Shown piece by piece: positions 40,774-54,599 of a stretch of DNA of 64,000 nt (position 1 is the first letter of the stretch; the number at the start of each line of letters is the position of its first letter). Below the pieces are notes generated by a model, which worked only from the letters and a program-made list of their open reading frames with translations, ran no database searches and was not told where the DNA came from. Source of the stretch: Tubiluchus corallicola. Taxonomy: Eukaryota > Animalia > Priapulida. The DNA lies in the NCBI GenBank assembly GCA_030141605.1, contig JAQGDQ010000445.1, positions 124,001-188,000 of the forward strand. The letters are read 5' to 3'. The position numbers and the translations under genes are program-made.

Positions 40774-41410
40774 GTTAGTTTAAACATAATTTATTTAGGA
40801 TTGGATCAGACAGTTTGAACGACATGATTTAGGATCCTCACCACAACAGACTTTATACACTATTTACAAAAACATTTACAGTAAGAATAGACAATACTTA
40901 GTTTTTAGTATACTTTAGTATACTAAAGTTTTACTATAGTGATACATTAGACATTAGTAAAAAATGAGGGTTAGTAAATATTAATGTACGATAGTTTAAG
41001 AATGATGCATTTTACATCAGATAGAAACTACTGGAAGCGTTTAGTACGTAATATGAAGTCATGTATACATTGGAATATTTTACAGTTAGTAACATAGTTA
41101 AATTCATCTTTACCGAATAATAACAACTTCAACAGATCATTAGTTCTTAAGGCAGCTATATTAAGGTTTTCAGGCATAAGCATTTCATTTAGTTTATCAA
41201 ACATAACTACCCTAGCTAGTTAATGCAATGGGCAGTGCAACAAAAAGTGTTCGACAGACTCAAATCGAAATCCACAGTTACAATTCGGCAATATTGGATG
41301 ACCGTTATTATCTTTACAGCCTTTAGAGAAAAGGTCATAGTTTAGCTGAGAAAATCCGGTTCTCTTGCGCGTATGATGCACTGATATTGGAGGTTACCTA
41401 AAACCACATT
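40774..41410 (-). mobile_element. CR1-like LINE 3' end, copy 2 (longest)
   Basis: Minus strand reads ISVHHTRKRTGFSQLNYDLFSKGCKDNNGHPILPNCNCGFRFESVEHFLLHCPLH...; same 3' UTR and tail as the other copies; no clear TSD. Confidence 0.88.
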
Positions 41411-41574
41411 AACTGGAACTCTGAAAAGTGACTTCCGGTATTTCTCTTACCGCAATGAGAAAAATAAATGCACATTACAACCTACTGACTCAAACTAAAG
41501 CACAAGCTGCCCGTTTGTATTCCATTACCAACATAATGCAAAAGTTGGTTGCATAATTAAAAAATGTTTACTCA

Positions 41575-42510
41575 AAAAAACTTCACCTTAGGCTGCTCTG
41601 CATACAGCAAGGAATCAGACTATAATTTTTGCGTCTGTCCGGATCTGCCGGATTTAGTCGGAATTATGGCTGCCGGGTTTTATCTATTCCGACACGTGAC
41701 CAGCAGTAACTCTATCACCCCGTTTCGCTGTGGGTGGCTTCGTGTAGCAATGAACCCACGGAGAACCCACTAAACGGGTTTCATTTCCTTTCTTATTCAT
41801 AAACAAGCAAAAATAGTGGGAGATGATAGACGCTTGTGTGTTTGTTTGTTTACTGAACCACCATTACATACAGTACATTACAAACAAATAAACAAAACAG
41901 GTTTAATCAACAGTGACAGAAACGTTTACTAGAGACAAGATCCCCTTTACAAAGGAATATTGTGGCTCGAGTGCAAAGAACAACTAACAATTAATTTAGG
42001 TATTTAATACAAGTATTAAATATAGTTATCACAACAATGTTAGGTACATAAAGTAGTATTAATAACCACTTTACTCAACTGTATCTCGATTTTACTTAGA
42101 CAATAACACAATTGTATCAATACTTTATTTAGACAACAACTGATTCCTAGTCTTTAAAACTGATTCTAGAAAACGTATTTTCATGCAACACCAGAGGAAC
42201 AACATGCATAGGCCTAATTGACGTACTGGAAATGTAAAAATGCATTTTTAAATAAAACATTTTTACATACTTTTGTAAATATGCAATAACATTCAGAAAA
42301 CTTTCATATGTATACAGCTACAGTGTGTCAATAATTCGCCACATCTTTACCTCTGACTATAAAACCTATATATATATATATGTATTGTATATGCATAGAC
42401 ATACAACCGGCAGCAATAATTCCGACTAAATTCGACAGATCCGAACAGACGCAAAAACTACAGGCTCAAACCTTACTGAATGCAGAACAGTCCATATAGG
42501 TGACGTTTTT
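41575..42510. repeat. Inverted repeat pair (~105-bp arms, 41575-41680 and 42405-42510)
   Basis: TTTTTGCGTCTGTCCGGATCTGCCGGATTTAGTCGGAATTATGGCTGCCGG versus CCGGCAGCAATAATTCCGACTAAATTCGACAGATCCGAACAGACGCAAAAA. Confidence 0.85.
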
Positions 42511-42700
42511 AGTATACACTTTAAAAAATTTATAGTGTAATTCTTTTAGCTAAAATCCACAACAGGCTTTGATGAATCGCATGCACGCTAAACACGTTGG
42601 CTAAATTTAGCAGTCAAATTAAAATTGCTTCTACAAAGGACGCCATGTTTATTTTCCAAAATCCCAGCACGTGGGTTCACACGTATTTACATAACTTGGA

Positions 42701-42780
42701 AGGAGTTTAAAATTCCCAAATTTAAATAGCCTAACCCTAACCCCTAACAGTAACCCAACCTAGGTGTTAATTGTAAACTA
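42701..42780. mobile_element. Short copy of the telomeric-repeat TIR element
   Basis: GGAGTTTAAAATTCCC..ATTTAAATA.CCTAACCCTAAC...AATTGTAAACT; same ends as 55948-56340. Confidence 0.65.
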
Positions 42781-43642
42781 TAGCCCGAGGATTTTTACTG
42801 AGATATTATTTGCCACTCGCCGGCCATAAATTGCTTCTAAACTAACGTTTATTTTTCAGAAACATTGAGAACTGTAAGTATTATAAGTAATTAAAAGTAC
42901 TGCATTAGTAGTAGTGGTTGTGGTAGTGGTGGTAGCAGTAGCAGTAGCAGTTAGCAGTAGTAGCAGCAGCAGCAGTAGTAGTAGTATAGTTTATTGACTA
43001 TAAATACAACGATTAATACAAAAACTGGGTAGCACAAAATAATAAAATCTACAGTCCATTCATTATTGTTTTCAAGAATTTATCACACCAGGTGGATCAT
43101 ATTAGCACATAGAATAAAATAGCTGTACTAACTTTATACCATTGAAAAAGTGGCTTTACATTTTAGTTTGATATTTTAAGCGAATAGTAAAGATTAATAA
43201 AACCACTAATATAATATTAATACAAACATTAATTTTACTTTAGCCCAAAGATGGAAATGCGCTGTCTGGAAAATCGCCCTGTTCTCCTCGGGGAACAAAA
43301 TTGTTCGCGTTTGAAACACGTTCAAAAGCTGAGAACGATCAAAGAAATTTCAAAATGAAAGACTCACGTTAAATGAGATTACATTCAGCCGACAGCAGAC
43401 TAGAGTTTAACCTACTAACAAAACCACAGGAAGACTACAATCTTCCTGTGAAACTAAACTGGATTAGATCCCAGAACATTCTCCCCGTAAACTGGCTTCA
43501 TTGTCGAGCGAACTGCTCGCTGAACGCGAAGCCATTGAGCTTCCTCCTTTGACTAGCCAACCAAACCATAGTCAATAATAGCATTAGGTCATTATTGCTT
43601 AATGCCTGTAAGAGCCTGCCAGGGATTCGTATTGATAGCTGA

Positions 43643-44032
43643 GAAAAATAGATACGGTAACTCACAGGGACAATGTTCCATATAAAAGTGATTTTCTGCA
43701 TTATCTGCGTGCACTTTTGGTGGAAAAATAGATACGGTAACTCACAATGTTCCATATAAAAGTGATTTTCTGCATTATCTGCGTGCACTTTTGGTGGAAA
43801 AATAGATACGGTAACTCACAGGGACAATGTTCCATATAAAAGTGATTTTCTGCATTATCTGCGTGCACTTTTGGTGGAAAAATAGATACGGTAACTCATA
43901 GGGACAATGTTCCATATAAAAGTGATTTTCTGCATTATCTGCGTGCACTTTTGGTGGAAAAATAGATACGGTAACTCACAGGGACAATGTTCCATATAAA
44001 AGTGATTTTCTGCATTATCTGCGTGCACTTTT
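43643..44032. repeat. Minisatellite, 80-bp unit x5 (one unit with a 6-bp deletion)
   Basis: GAAAAATAGATACGGTAACTCACAGGGACAATGTTCCATATAAAAGTGATTTTCTGCATTATCTGCGTGCACTTTTGGTG. Confidence 0.96.
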
Positions 44033-44717
44033 CTGCAAACAACGGGCTAGAATTTGCGCACTTTCCAATAACGAAAACAATATAAACTGACAATATAACA
44101 AAACAATGGCCGCACATCAATTGAGTGACGTTACAAAACAACAATATATAAGCCAATATTTATGCAAATATAAATTATAGAAACCTATATAATTTTGTCA
44201 TTCCAACTTGTTTGCTTCGGATTTAATGTTCAAAAAAAATACAAAAAATATTAAACCTTCCCTTGTGTACTGGCTGCCACTACCATCAAAACAATTGACA
44301 AAATACAGAGACAAAACAAAAAATCACAAAATACAAAAACCAAACGTTGTAAGAACACAAAAACGAGCTTAAAAGAAAACAGAACCCAATCTTAAATTGT
44401 AAGTCATACAATTTACTCGTTAGAATATTGAAAGAAAACATACTATTTTTTTCAAAAATTACTAATCTGAAAGAATTATTATCATGATTTTTATCATGTC
44501 TCAAGCCACACAACTTTTTGTTAACTACTCATTTAGTTCAAAATGATTACTTCAAAATACTTAATGAACGAATAGATTCTACTTAGATGTTTTTTTTTCA
44601 ATAAACTAAGAAAAAATTATTAAGATTATTATACATAAAGGCTATCAAATTTAAACTGCGCGTGTACACGGTTTAATAGTCGGTTACAGTTGTCTATAGT
44701 AACCTAGAATTTTCATT

Positions 44718-45173
44718 TATATGGCAGTAATCATTACTTAGCCAAACTATAGGCCAATGAAGGCTGACACTGGCATTAAAAATAATCGAAAACAATATAT
44801 GGCAGTAATCATTACTTAGCCAAACTATAGGCTAATGAAGGCTGACACTGGCATTAAATAACCGAAAACAATATATGGCAGTAATCATTATTTAGCCAAA
44901 CTATAGGCCAATGAAGGCTGACATTGGCATTAAATAATCGAAAACAATATATGGCAGTAATCATTACTTAGCCAAACTATAGGCCAATGAAGGTTGGCAT
45001 TGGCATTAAATAACCGAAAACAATATATGGCAATAATCATTACTTAGCCAAACTATAGGCCAATGAAGGCTGACAATGGCATTAAATAACCGAAAACAAT
45101 ATATGGCAGTATCATTACTTAGCCAAACTATAGGCTAATGAAGGCTGACACTAGCATTAAATAACCGAAAACA
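44718..45173. repeat. Minisatellite, ~76-bp unit x6
   Basis: TATATGGCAGTAATCATTACTTAGCCAAACTATAGGCCAATGAAGGCTGACACTGGCATTAAATAACCGAAAACAA. Confidence 0.96.
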
Positions 45174-45964
45174 AAATAAATACAGCTAACTTCTGTATAA
45201 TTTGAATTTCTAAATTCCAAGGCCACAAAGAGCAAAAATTGCTAAATTATAAATCGCCAGTTAAAACAAAAAAACTAGAGCGTACTCAATCCGTGTAAAG
45301 AGCTCACAGAAATTTTACAACAAGCCGCAAAAACTTTACAAACACGAGTTATTATAAAAGGAAAATGCGGACAAAATTTACACAGCATAAATAAATCAGC
45401 GGGCTAATAACATCCTGTGCCTTAACAAGAGAAAATGGCTGAGAGCTGCGGTTAAAGACCCGTTGCAGGTTTTTGCTATATAAGCCCGTCAGCACGAGCA
45501 GCCAAGATACAGACTTGTACTGTGCTGCTATTATAACAGCTACAGTCTACAGGAAGTCAATATTCTCCGTCTCATCTGAGCAAAGTACAGTCTGCGTATG
45601 AAAGTTAACCAAGCTGCTATAAAGTGATGATGGTGCCAAATAAAAAGACATTGCAATATCATAAATTAGGGCGTCCCAAAAGTGTAACATCAATAATCTC
45701 GAATAGGAGAATCTATATTATATCACTGAGAAATAAGTCGTTCAACTTTTTTACCATAGACATAATGTGTCCCAAATTTTTTTCAAGGTTTTTCAATACT
45801 GTTAAACTTGCACCATCTACAGGTATATTACTTGGTGTTTTACCGAAGTAATAATTAACGTAAACAAATGATTTACTGCTTGCAAAAACCAGAATGTTCT
45901 ACAGGAAAGTGTACATCACGTTTTCCCTTTTTGGGTAGATCGCGATTTCAAGATCCTTCTCAAA

Positions 45965-46372
45965 AGATTTCCGAACCGCATCTTAAACTACAACTGAAAG
46001 CAATTTAACATGTAACATATTGAAAGGAATCACACAAATCTAATTTTGCGATTACGCGGTTAGTTTTCCGCAAGTTTTGCAAGTATATCGCTACTTTGTT
46101 AGTTAGATGGTCACCAGCGCCTGCATGTCGCAAACGCGTTGCACAGAAAACAGGCACTGCACCTCTCCGTTCAGATGTGTTCAGTTGTGATGTTGCGCAC
46201 ACGTTCAAGAGCTCATGCGTAAGCTCAGAGCTCATAGCAGCAAACATTTGTCAAGCTTTTGTGTGTCATACTGAATGTTCTACAGAAGCACTCCACGTTA
46301 ACTTTCGTTTTCGCATACAGGTCTAAAACGTTCGTGGAACATTTGTGCTGTTCAGTTGTGATGTCATCACTA
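45965..46372 (-). mobile_element. Kolobok-like family A, old diverged copy
   Basis: Reverse-complement similarity to the family A core (AGTTAGATGG.CAC.AGCGCCTGCAT; TCAGATGTGTT.AGTT.GTGA). Confidence 0.65.
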
Positions 46373-46799
46373 GGTGCTAAATATGCACTTTCCCCCATAT
46401 TTCCAAATGGAATAGGATATTATTACACTTTTTATTTCAGGCAAAATATCCATATGCCCTAGACAAATATTTACACCATTTACAGTTAAAACTAAGATAA
46501 AATTCATATGTAATTACAAATTCACTTCAAATGGTCCTACGAATATAAATTGAAAAATTTGAAGATGAAAGTTCATTCCACAACTTGAACATATTTGAGC
46601 GCAATTTGATTTACATAGTACATCAATATTCACAATATCAACAACATACCTGTTATCTGAGAATAGCAGTCTATTCTTAGGCTATATAAGATATTTTACG
46701 TAACCGAAAAAACTGTGATAGTGGGAGATTCATGTACGTGCCAGATACGCTACAATCATATCTTAATTTATGTTTTCCTGTTACATTATTATAAGCTAC

Positions 46800-47640
46800 A
46801 TGGATAGAATTTAAAGCACTGAATTGACTCAATAGATTACAACAGTAAAAATTAGAACAATGGCTCTTAAACAGTATATTTTTAACATCAAGAGAGCAAC
46901 TCGAAAATTTTCTACTTAAAGATTTAACACGTACTAAAAGAGTTTCGTCTGATTCTCTATATCGACATTATCATTTAAATTAGAGCATATAATATGTCCA
47001 AGATACTTTCCTGAATTCACTAGTTGTTCATTTACATACACTCTGTCTGGGGTTAATATGCTTTAATATAGGCATGAAATATGAGTACTTTTAGTGGGAT
47101 TAAGACTAAAATTATGCTGAACTTAAGATTTGTAAAACTGAAACAGATGGAACAAGCAAAGCAACATCATTTGCATACATAAGATGATTAAGTGTTTTAA
47201 CACCTAAACGACCAACCTTTATAGAAGTTAATATACAAAAAACCCTCTTCAATATAAATATTAAACAGTAACGGGGATAACACCCCTCCTTGTCGTGATC
47301 CATTGGGAACAGTAAAACCATCAGAAGTGGTAAATTCCCACTTCACTGTTTTTATACCGGCTAGAAATAAAATTAATTATAGTACAGGGAACCCTCAATT
47401 TTCATATTTTCAAAAAAAATACTGCGATCAACCTTGACAAAAGCATTTGCTAGCAAGCATACACGGGACTGTTTCCTTCACTATGATGTGAAATCAACTC
47501 TCTGCACCCCATGAAATATCGGGATATGAAAAACCGCCCTGTTTTCTTTTAAGCTTAAGTAAATGATGTCAATGATGTAAGTCAGCTGTTTAAATCAGCT
47601 GCCAGAAAATTCTGGTAGCTGATGATAAATGACACAGACA
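46800..47640 (-). pseudogene. Decayed LINE reverse-transcriptase fragment (RTE-X-like)
   Basis: Broken motifs AS.AFVKVD, NG.RQGGVLSP, LNHLMYANDVALLVPSVSVLQ, YLGHII; stops and frameshifts. Confidence 0.8.
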
Positions 47641-47949
47641 TCCAACGTCAATAGTGAGTTGACAAATTGCAGTTGACACAAAGTCTATCCAAAGATTTTG
47701 CAAATTGTCATCCGAACAATTTTAAAAACAAAAGGAATTTCTCAAATCCGATAAGGTTGCATCCTTCCGTGGTGTGTTGTTTACAATACTGGTGTCCCAA
47801 AAGTCCTCTTCACGTGATACTGCTAGATGAAACTCCAGCATCATTGTTAATGTTGAAAAGATTTTGAATTTTCTTTGAATAATTACGGATAATCGTGGTT
47901 CTATGTTGACGAAAAATCCGCGGAATCAAACTAGCAGTTCGTCTGTTTA

Positions 47950-48468
47950 CCATAAGTGGTGATTTACCATTTCTGCTGGTTTTACTGCTTCCAATGGTTC
48001 ACGGCAAGGAGGGGTGTTATCCCCGCTACTGCTTAATATTTATATCGAAGAGCTTTTTTGTATATTAGCTTCTATAAAGGCTTATCGTTTAGATGCTAAA
48101 ACATTTAATAATCTTATGTATTCAGATGATGTTGCTTTGCTTATTCCATATATTTCAGTTTTACAAAAACTTAAGATCGGCATAATATTAGTTTTAATCC
48201 CACTAAAAGAACACGTAGTCTATATATTTCATGCCTCTATTAAAACATGTTACCTTGAGGCAGTGTGTATCTAAATGAACGACTATTAATTGTTAGTGAA
48301 TCCAGGAACGTATCTTGGACATATTATATACATATATTCTAATTTAAAGGATAATGCTGATATTGAGAATCAGAAGATAGTGTTTTACATACGTGTCAAT
48401 TCTTTAAGGAGAAAATTTTCAAATCGCTCTTTTGATGTTAAAAAACGCTGTTTAAGAGGTATTGTCTA
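47950..48468 (+). pseudogene. Decayed LINE reverse-transcriptase fragment, inverted relative to 46800-47640
   Basis: SNGSRQGGVLSPLLLNIYIEEL...NNLMYSDDVALL; TYLGHII...DNADIENQ..FYIRVNSLRRKFS (ORFs 48014 and 48290). Confidence 0.85.
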
Positions 48469-48608
48469 TCTAATTAGCCACCGAGATACACTAAATTCGA
48501 CATTTACTGAACTTACAAAACCGCAAAGGACGTGTTTAAACAAAACACGTGATTTCTGCCTTAGAACTGCTTTGAACTATCTTATAGGAATTTCTCAAAT
48601 GACTTTAA

Positions 48609-49229
48609 AGGAAGACAGAATGATTTTTCATATACTACTCCATTTTCAAGTAAGGTAAGTATACGTTTTAACACAATTAACACTGCAAAAGCGTTTCTGA
48701 TAATTAAATAATAGATTAGAATCATAATTAACGGCGGGCAAGCTCTACTATTGACGACATCACAAACTAACAATTTTTAACAGCAAAAATATTCCACGAG
48801 CGTGTTGCACGTGTGTGCGAACGAGAAAATTGAAGTACAGTGCTAATGTAAGATATTCAGTGTGTTGTACTAAAACTAAGCAAGTTTTAAGATAAAAATT
48901 CAAATTTCAAATTTACCGCTGTGTTCACGCATGAGCTGTCGAACGTGTGCAGTTCGTCAGAAACTAACACATCTAAACCGAAAGGTACAGCACCTGTTTT
49001 TGTACAATGCGTTTCCGAAATGCAGGCGCTAGTGCCCGTCTAACTAAATAGCGAATAGCGAAATGCATGTAACAGCGAAAAACTAGTGGCGTCGTGAACG
49101 TGAAATTTTGTTTGAGTGATAATAATTGTTTCACCTAAGTCATTTTTGAAAAAGTAGTACGTTTCTTTTCAATATTTTAAAGAATAGATTGCTTTGACCT
49201 ACAGTTTAAGACCGAGTCCGGTTTTAGTT
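48609..49229 (+). mobile_element. Kolobok-like family A, full copy
   Basis: TTAA-AGGAAGACAGAATG ... TCCGGTTTTAGTT-TTAA. Confidence 0.88.
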
Positions 49230-49785
49230 TTAAAGGAACATTGAAGAACACAACACGTTGCTATCATTAGTATACCTATTCAATCAAACCGTGGGGTAGC
49301 CCTCACATACGCAAGCCTGGCGGCGGTCATAATTAGATGCATCTCATCACAATAGATGGCGCGAGTAATATTTATGAATGTTTAATAAGGATTCATCATT
49401 ATCATCGCCATAATAGCGACCTTGCTGTGCGAAGGAACACCGCCTCCAGCTAAAGAGCCAAATCCACAGGGGAAACCGGTGCATTTTGCATAATGCAAGA
49501 AGCTGGCTTTGAGCGCTGGAATACACTGATAAACAGCCGTTTGTCGAGCGGTCCTGTTACCTATTATTTTTGCACATTTGGTATATCTAAAATAAAAATG
49601 TATGCTTTATGAACGACATTAGATTAGATTGGACTATCTGCAACCTCAACAGGTCACTAATAAAAATTACACACACCTATGAATACAATTGTTTCAATAT
49701 GTATAGAATATCTTGCGTTTATTGTGGAACCGACTACACAGTTGGCTACAAGGTATTATATATATATATAATTATATATGTATAT

Positions 49786-50239
49786 TATTTATTTTAAATA
49801 GATTAACGTACAGCAATATTACTGATCGGAGTTTTTCCACTGTGCAACAAATACATTTTAGTTGAGAACTAATATATACAACTGGTTGTCAAGAATATAA
49901 TTGCATACATAGTTAGTTCGACAGTTCATGCGGTGCATAGAGAAGTACATTTGAAATTTGAATTTTTGTCTTAAAACTTGAGTTTTAGTACAACACACTG
50001 AATATCTTACAGCAGCACTGTACTTAAATTTTCGCTTTAGCAAACACGCGCAACACGCTCATGGAATATTTTGTTAGTTTGTGATGTCGTCAATAGTTGG
50101 GCTCGCCCGCCGTTAATTAAAATTTTAATCTATTATTTAATTATCAGAAATGCTTTTGCAATATTAATTGTGTTAAAATTTATACTTTTTATCGGACTTG
50201 AAAATGGGGTAATATATGAAAAAATTATCCTGTCTTCCC
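49786..50239 (-). mobile_element. Family D fragment (49786-49918) fused to the left half of family A (49915-50239)
   Basis: Homology switches at GTTC; the family A terminus TGTCTTCCC-TTAA lies at 50231-50243. Confidence 0.78.
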
Positions 50240-50749
50240 TTAAAGGACATGTTTATTATAATTACAAGGGTGATAAAGCTAACAAAGCTAATTTTATAAT
50301 ACGGATCAATGCACCATACATGAAATATTATGTGTATAGTTCAACTTCTAAATTTATACATAGTTCAACTTCTACATTTATTCCTTTTATGCAGTTAAGG
50401 AGGACACTGGATATTGGTATTTAGTACCCAAAGGCAGGGAAGAAAGAGCTTACAATTTACATGTCGTTGGCTAGACTGGAACCTAGTTAAACGTCAAAAA
50501 TAATCCTCTAAAGAGCATCTCTGCCTCATTCGAACCTCCTTCAACGGAGCAAAGAGTTGGCGGAGAGGTGCAGGTGAAACCGCAATGAAGCACTTTTCCT
50601 GCCAGTCACCCATTTATTTAATCATCACACTCCATGCTGCTTAACTTTGGTAGTTAAACGCACACCGTGACCACCCAACCAATCAAGTCGCCTCAGTATA
50701 CATGATTGATTTTTATCATAATTCAAACCTACAAATCAATTGTAATTTA

Positions 50750-51289
50750 GTTTAAACATAATTTATTATAGGATTGGATCAGACAGTTTGTACAACATGA
50801 TTTAGGATCCTCACCACAACAGACTTTATACTCTATTTACAAGAACATTTACAGTAAGAATAGACTATACTTAGTTTTTAGTATACTTTAGTATACTAAA
50901 GTTTTACTACAGTGATACGTTAGACATTAGTAGAAAATGACGGTTAGTAAATATTAATGTACGATTATTTAAGACTGGTGCATTTCATATCAGATAGAAA
51001 CTACTGGAAGCGTTTAGTACGTAATATAAAGTCATGTATACATTGGAATATTTTACAGTTAGTAACATAGTGAAATTCATCTTTTCCGAATAATAACAAC
51101 TTCAACAGATCATTATTTCCTAAGGCAGCTATATTAAGGTTTTCAGGCAGAAGTATTGCATTTAATTTATCAAACATAACTACCCTAGCTAGTTGATGCA
51201 ATGGGCAGTGCAACAAAAAGTGTTCAACAGACTCAAATCGAAATCCACAGTTACAATTCGGCAATATTGGATGACCGTTATTATCTTTA
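50750..51289 (-). mobile_element. CR1-like LINE 3' end, copy 3
   Basis: ORF 51001-51384 contains the CCHC knuckle CNCGFRFESVEHFLLHC and ends ...DFILRTKRFQ*; 13-bp TSD CAATTGTAATTTA at 50737-50749 and 51290-51302. Confidence 0.9.
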
Positions 51290-51898
51290 CAATTGTAATT
51301 TATGTAATATAGCATCAGCACAGTTGTCATATCATACGTACATTGTAACCATATATAAGGCATAAATGCTAGTCTTACTGACAACCTAATAAATACCTTC
51401 TAGGCCTACTACAAGTTAACAAAAAATCCATCAATGCGCTAACAACAACTACTAATTGTTTATAAATAATTAAACAGCAAATAAAATAACGAAACTGTTA
51501 AAAACTATTGTGTTACGCGGCGTGTTTGCGACAAGAAATCAATTAACTTCCTATGACGTCATCACCTGACGGTCACGTGGTTGGTGCAAGTGCTGTACCG
51601 CTTTATAGAAATTAATGACAGCTGATAACAGACTGTCTCGTAAATTTGCAATTGTACACGGGATTTACTGAGTAATTACGCAGGATTTGACTTGGTAATT
51701 TATCAGACTGATAAACGCGCAGGACAGGACAGCTGACCAAAGATCCGGATCCGGGTAATGTGGCGCTCGGATTCCCGGAAACGCAGCATTAGTTGAAAAC
51801 ACTACCTACTCGCCGCAAACACACACTTTCTCAGAACACGGGGTTGTGTGGGACACTGTGTCGTCATAACTGAATTTTATTTCAAATTTAACTTTGGA

Positions 51899-52222
51899 TA
51901 AACAAATCAAGTCCCTATCAGCATTTAAAGCAAAATTAAAATCACTAATATTAGCCAAATATGAAAAACCATCACACCAGTACGACAACATACACACTAA
52001 TTCAGAATTTATATATCCACGGCCATATTAATTAAATCATATTTTTTTCATTTTTTTGTGCATAGTTGTAAATACGTTTGATTTTATTCGTCGTTACTTT
52101 CCATTACTGCACAGTAGTTTAGATTGCACTGACGCATTTGCCTTTAGCAGTGTAAGTTTTTATTAACTAACACTGATTGATCATCTCTGTGAAGTTTTTA
52201 TCAGTGATTATCAATGTATTAA
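51899..52222 (+). mobile_element. L2/Crack-like LINE 3' end, copy 2
   Basis: Near-identical reverse complement of ~30783-31107. Confidence 0.85.
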
Positions 52223-52956
52223 TGTATTATGTAATGTAGCTCACATGCATAGATTCATTCGAGAGTCTAAAACAATTGTGCAGGAGTGCTGAATTGTTAG
52301 CCACAGCTTAAAATACGTTACAAAATTTGAACTATTCTTAATTCTCAAGATTTTTCGATAACTAACGTCGACCGAAATACGTTTTTCGTCAATAATAACA
52401 TCTAATGATAGTAATGGAGCGCCAGTCTGACTGTTCTGGTCATTTTCTGGCCATCTGACCTATTCCTCGCGTATCCGCGCACATCTTAAAATCATCAATA
52501 TCTTAACTTGTTTCTTAGTCAAACTTAAAGACATTGAACAATGGCGTAAATTATATTCCTGCAGTTCAGAAAAATTGTTTAAAAGAAGTTTTTTTTAAAA
52601 AAAAAAGAGGCGTTGAAAACGGAAATGTGTTGGGCTTTAACAGAAACATTGTGAGCTTTCGTCCCACGTAGGATATTCTGAAACTGCTGTAATCATTTTG
52701 AACAGTTTTATTTATGTTTATTACGTCATACGTCATAGATGTACGTGTGCTTATCACGTCACAGATGCGTAGATAACGTTTATGATGACGGCATCGCATG
52801 TATGGTGATTCTGAGGTTGTAGATTCGATCATTTTGAGAATAAATTCATTAATCAAAGCAGCATGAATAGAAAAATTGAAAACTTCAGATGTAAATTACA
52901 ATTTCAGTAATCTATGATATCATCTACGTATGTCATTTTCTACAACTAATAAAATA

Positions 52957-53449
52957 CAGTTAACCTCGGATACAACGGACACCTCGGGACCGGGAAAAAT
53001 CGTCCCTTATCCGATGTCCCTTATTGCCGAAGTTGAGTCAGACCGACGGTGTATCTAAACCTGTACTTACTTTTACCCATATTTTATGGATTATTGCTCC
53101 ACATTCATTCAGTGCAAACGGTATGTATGAAGCTCCTTCAGTCATGCGAGATGTATGTGACCGCGGAAACCGAGCTGTTCGAAGACCGAGTTTGCGAAAA
53201 ATTGAGGTTAAAATTCGATCAATTTCGCTTTGATCATAGGGTCCCTCATGCGAGGTAATTTACCTGGGTTTCTATTATGCGGGACCTGAAGGTATCGTCC
53301 CTTATAACCGAAAGTCCTTTATATCCGAGTACCTTATATACGAAGATTTTTACATGGGAAAAACGTTACGAAAAATCGGGACCGGTGTTGGTGGTCCCTT
53401 AAAAGCGAGTGTCCCTTACGAACGAGTACCTTATACCCGAGGTTGACTA
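52957..53449. mobile_element. pogo/Tigger-like MITE
   Basis: TA-CAGTTAACCTCGGATA ... TACCCGAGGTTGACT; subterminal GTCCCTTA repeats; right end mutated. Confidence 0.8.
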
Positions 53450-54599
53450 ATAACAAGTAACGGTAAAAACAAAAATGTTTCGAAGAAATAAAACACATTG
53501 AGAATGCTGCACGTGTATATACCATATGCCATATGAAATACGTATATGCCAAATGAATTCCCATTGAACAAGGTTTTAAAATTCGTAGGACGTGAGAAAA
53601 CACCAATGTACAACACATAAATGTACTATTATACGTAACAGAATACAAGTGACGGATTTTATAAAAGTTGAAATGGTTAGTATAAAGTATCACATCAAAC
53701 GCGTAGGCAATACTGTCTCAGGAACATTAATCCACAATTGTTTATCGATGCTTTGTACAAATCTTTGCTAATTAGAACATTGTAGAACAACAGCTTCACG
53801 TATAAGATTGTCCTCCCATCGTTTAAAAGTGGAACCTGCTAGATGGAGTAGAATTCCATGTAATCAAAGGATTTGTACATGTGGTAGAGTCATACAAGAT
53901 GAGGAACGTGTTTTGTAAGATTGTCAGCTTACTGGGCTTTTTAAAAACCAATCCTTTAATAACATGTTTGATTTAATGAATTGAACAAATTACTTTTCGC
54001 TGCTTTTATATAAAGTTTTGAATTTATTTAATAGAAAAAAATTGTTTTTTTACGCGTTGTAACTATTATATGTAAGATAATGACAATGAATTGTATCATC
54101 GCGAATGTCTATTGTTTCTGTACAAGTATTGTAATGGGTTCTTTCCTTCTACATTTCTCAATTATTTAACACCTGTTCAATGTTTGTAATGTTTTGTAAT
54201 GTTAAATGAATAAATAGTGTAAATGTAATGAGTGAAATTTATGTAATGTAAAGCATGTTTCTGTTAATTGTGTCATGTCAAATGTATATATAGTGCAAAA
54301 TATGTCATGTAAAATTTAATGTACTTTTGTCATATTTTTTTGTAAAAATATGTTAATATGGTGTTTGTAAATATGTTCATTTATTGTATATAGTTTTGCA
54401 CTTTAGTTTTTTTTAGTCTGCACTGGACGCATTTGTCTTGAACAGTGAGGTTATTTTAACATTACGCTGAGGCTTACTCAATTTTATTATAATGAGTGAA
54501 CCATTTTAATGACAAATAAAGAATTAATATATATATATATATAACAAATCCATAAATATTTTACTCGTGGCTTTGGTAACTTTTATCCTCCTGCCATTC

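Noticed and set aside
41300-41410. Apparent identical 5' truncation point of CR1-like copies 2 and 3, suggesting a SINE-like fixed end
   Set aside because: Copy 2 continues in frame upstream (HTR.RTGFSQLNYDLF), so the shared boundary is just where copy 3 stops.
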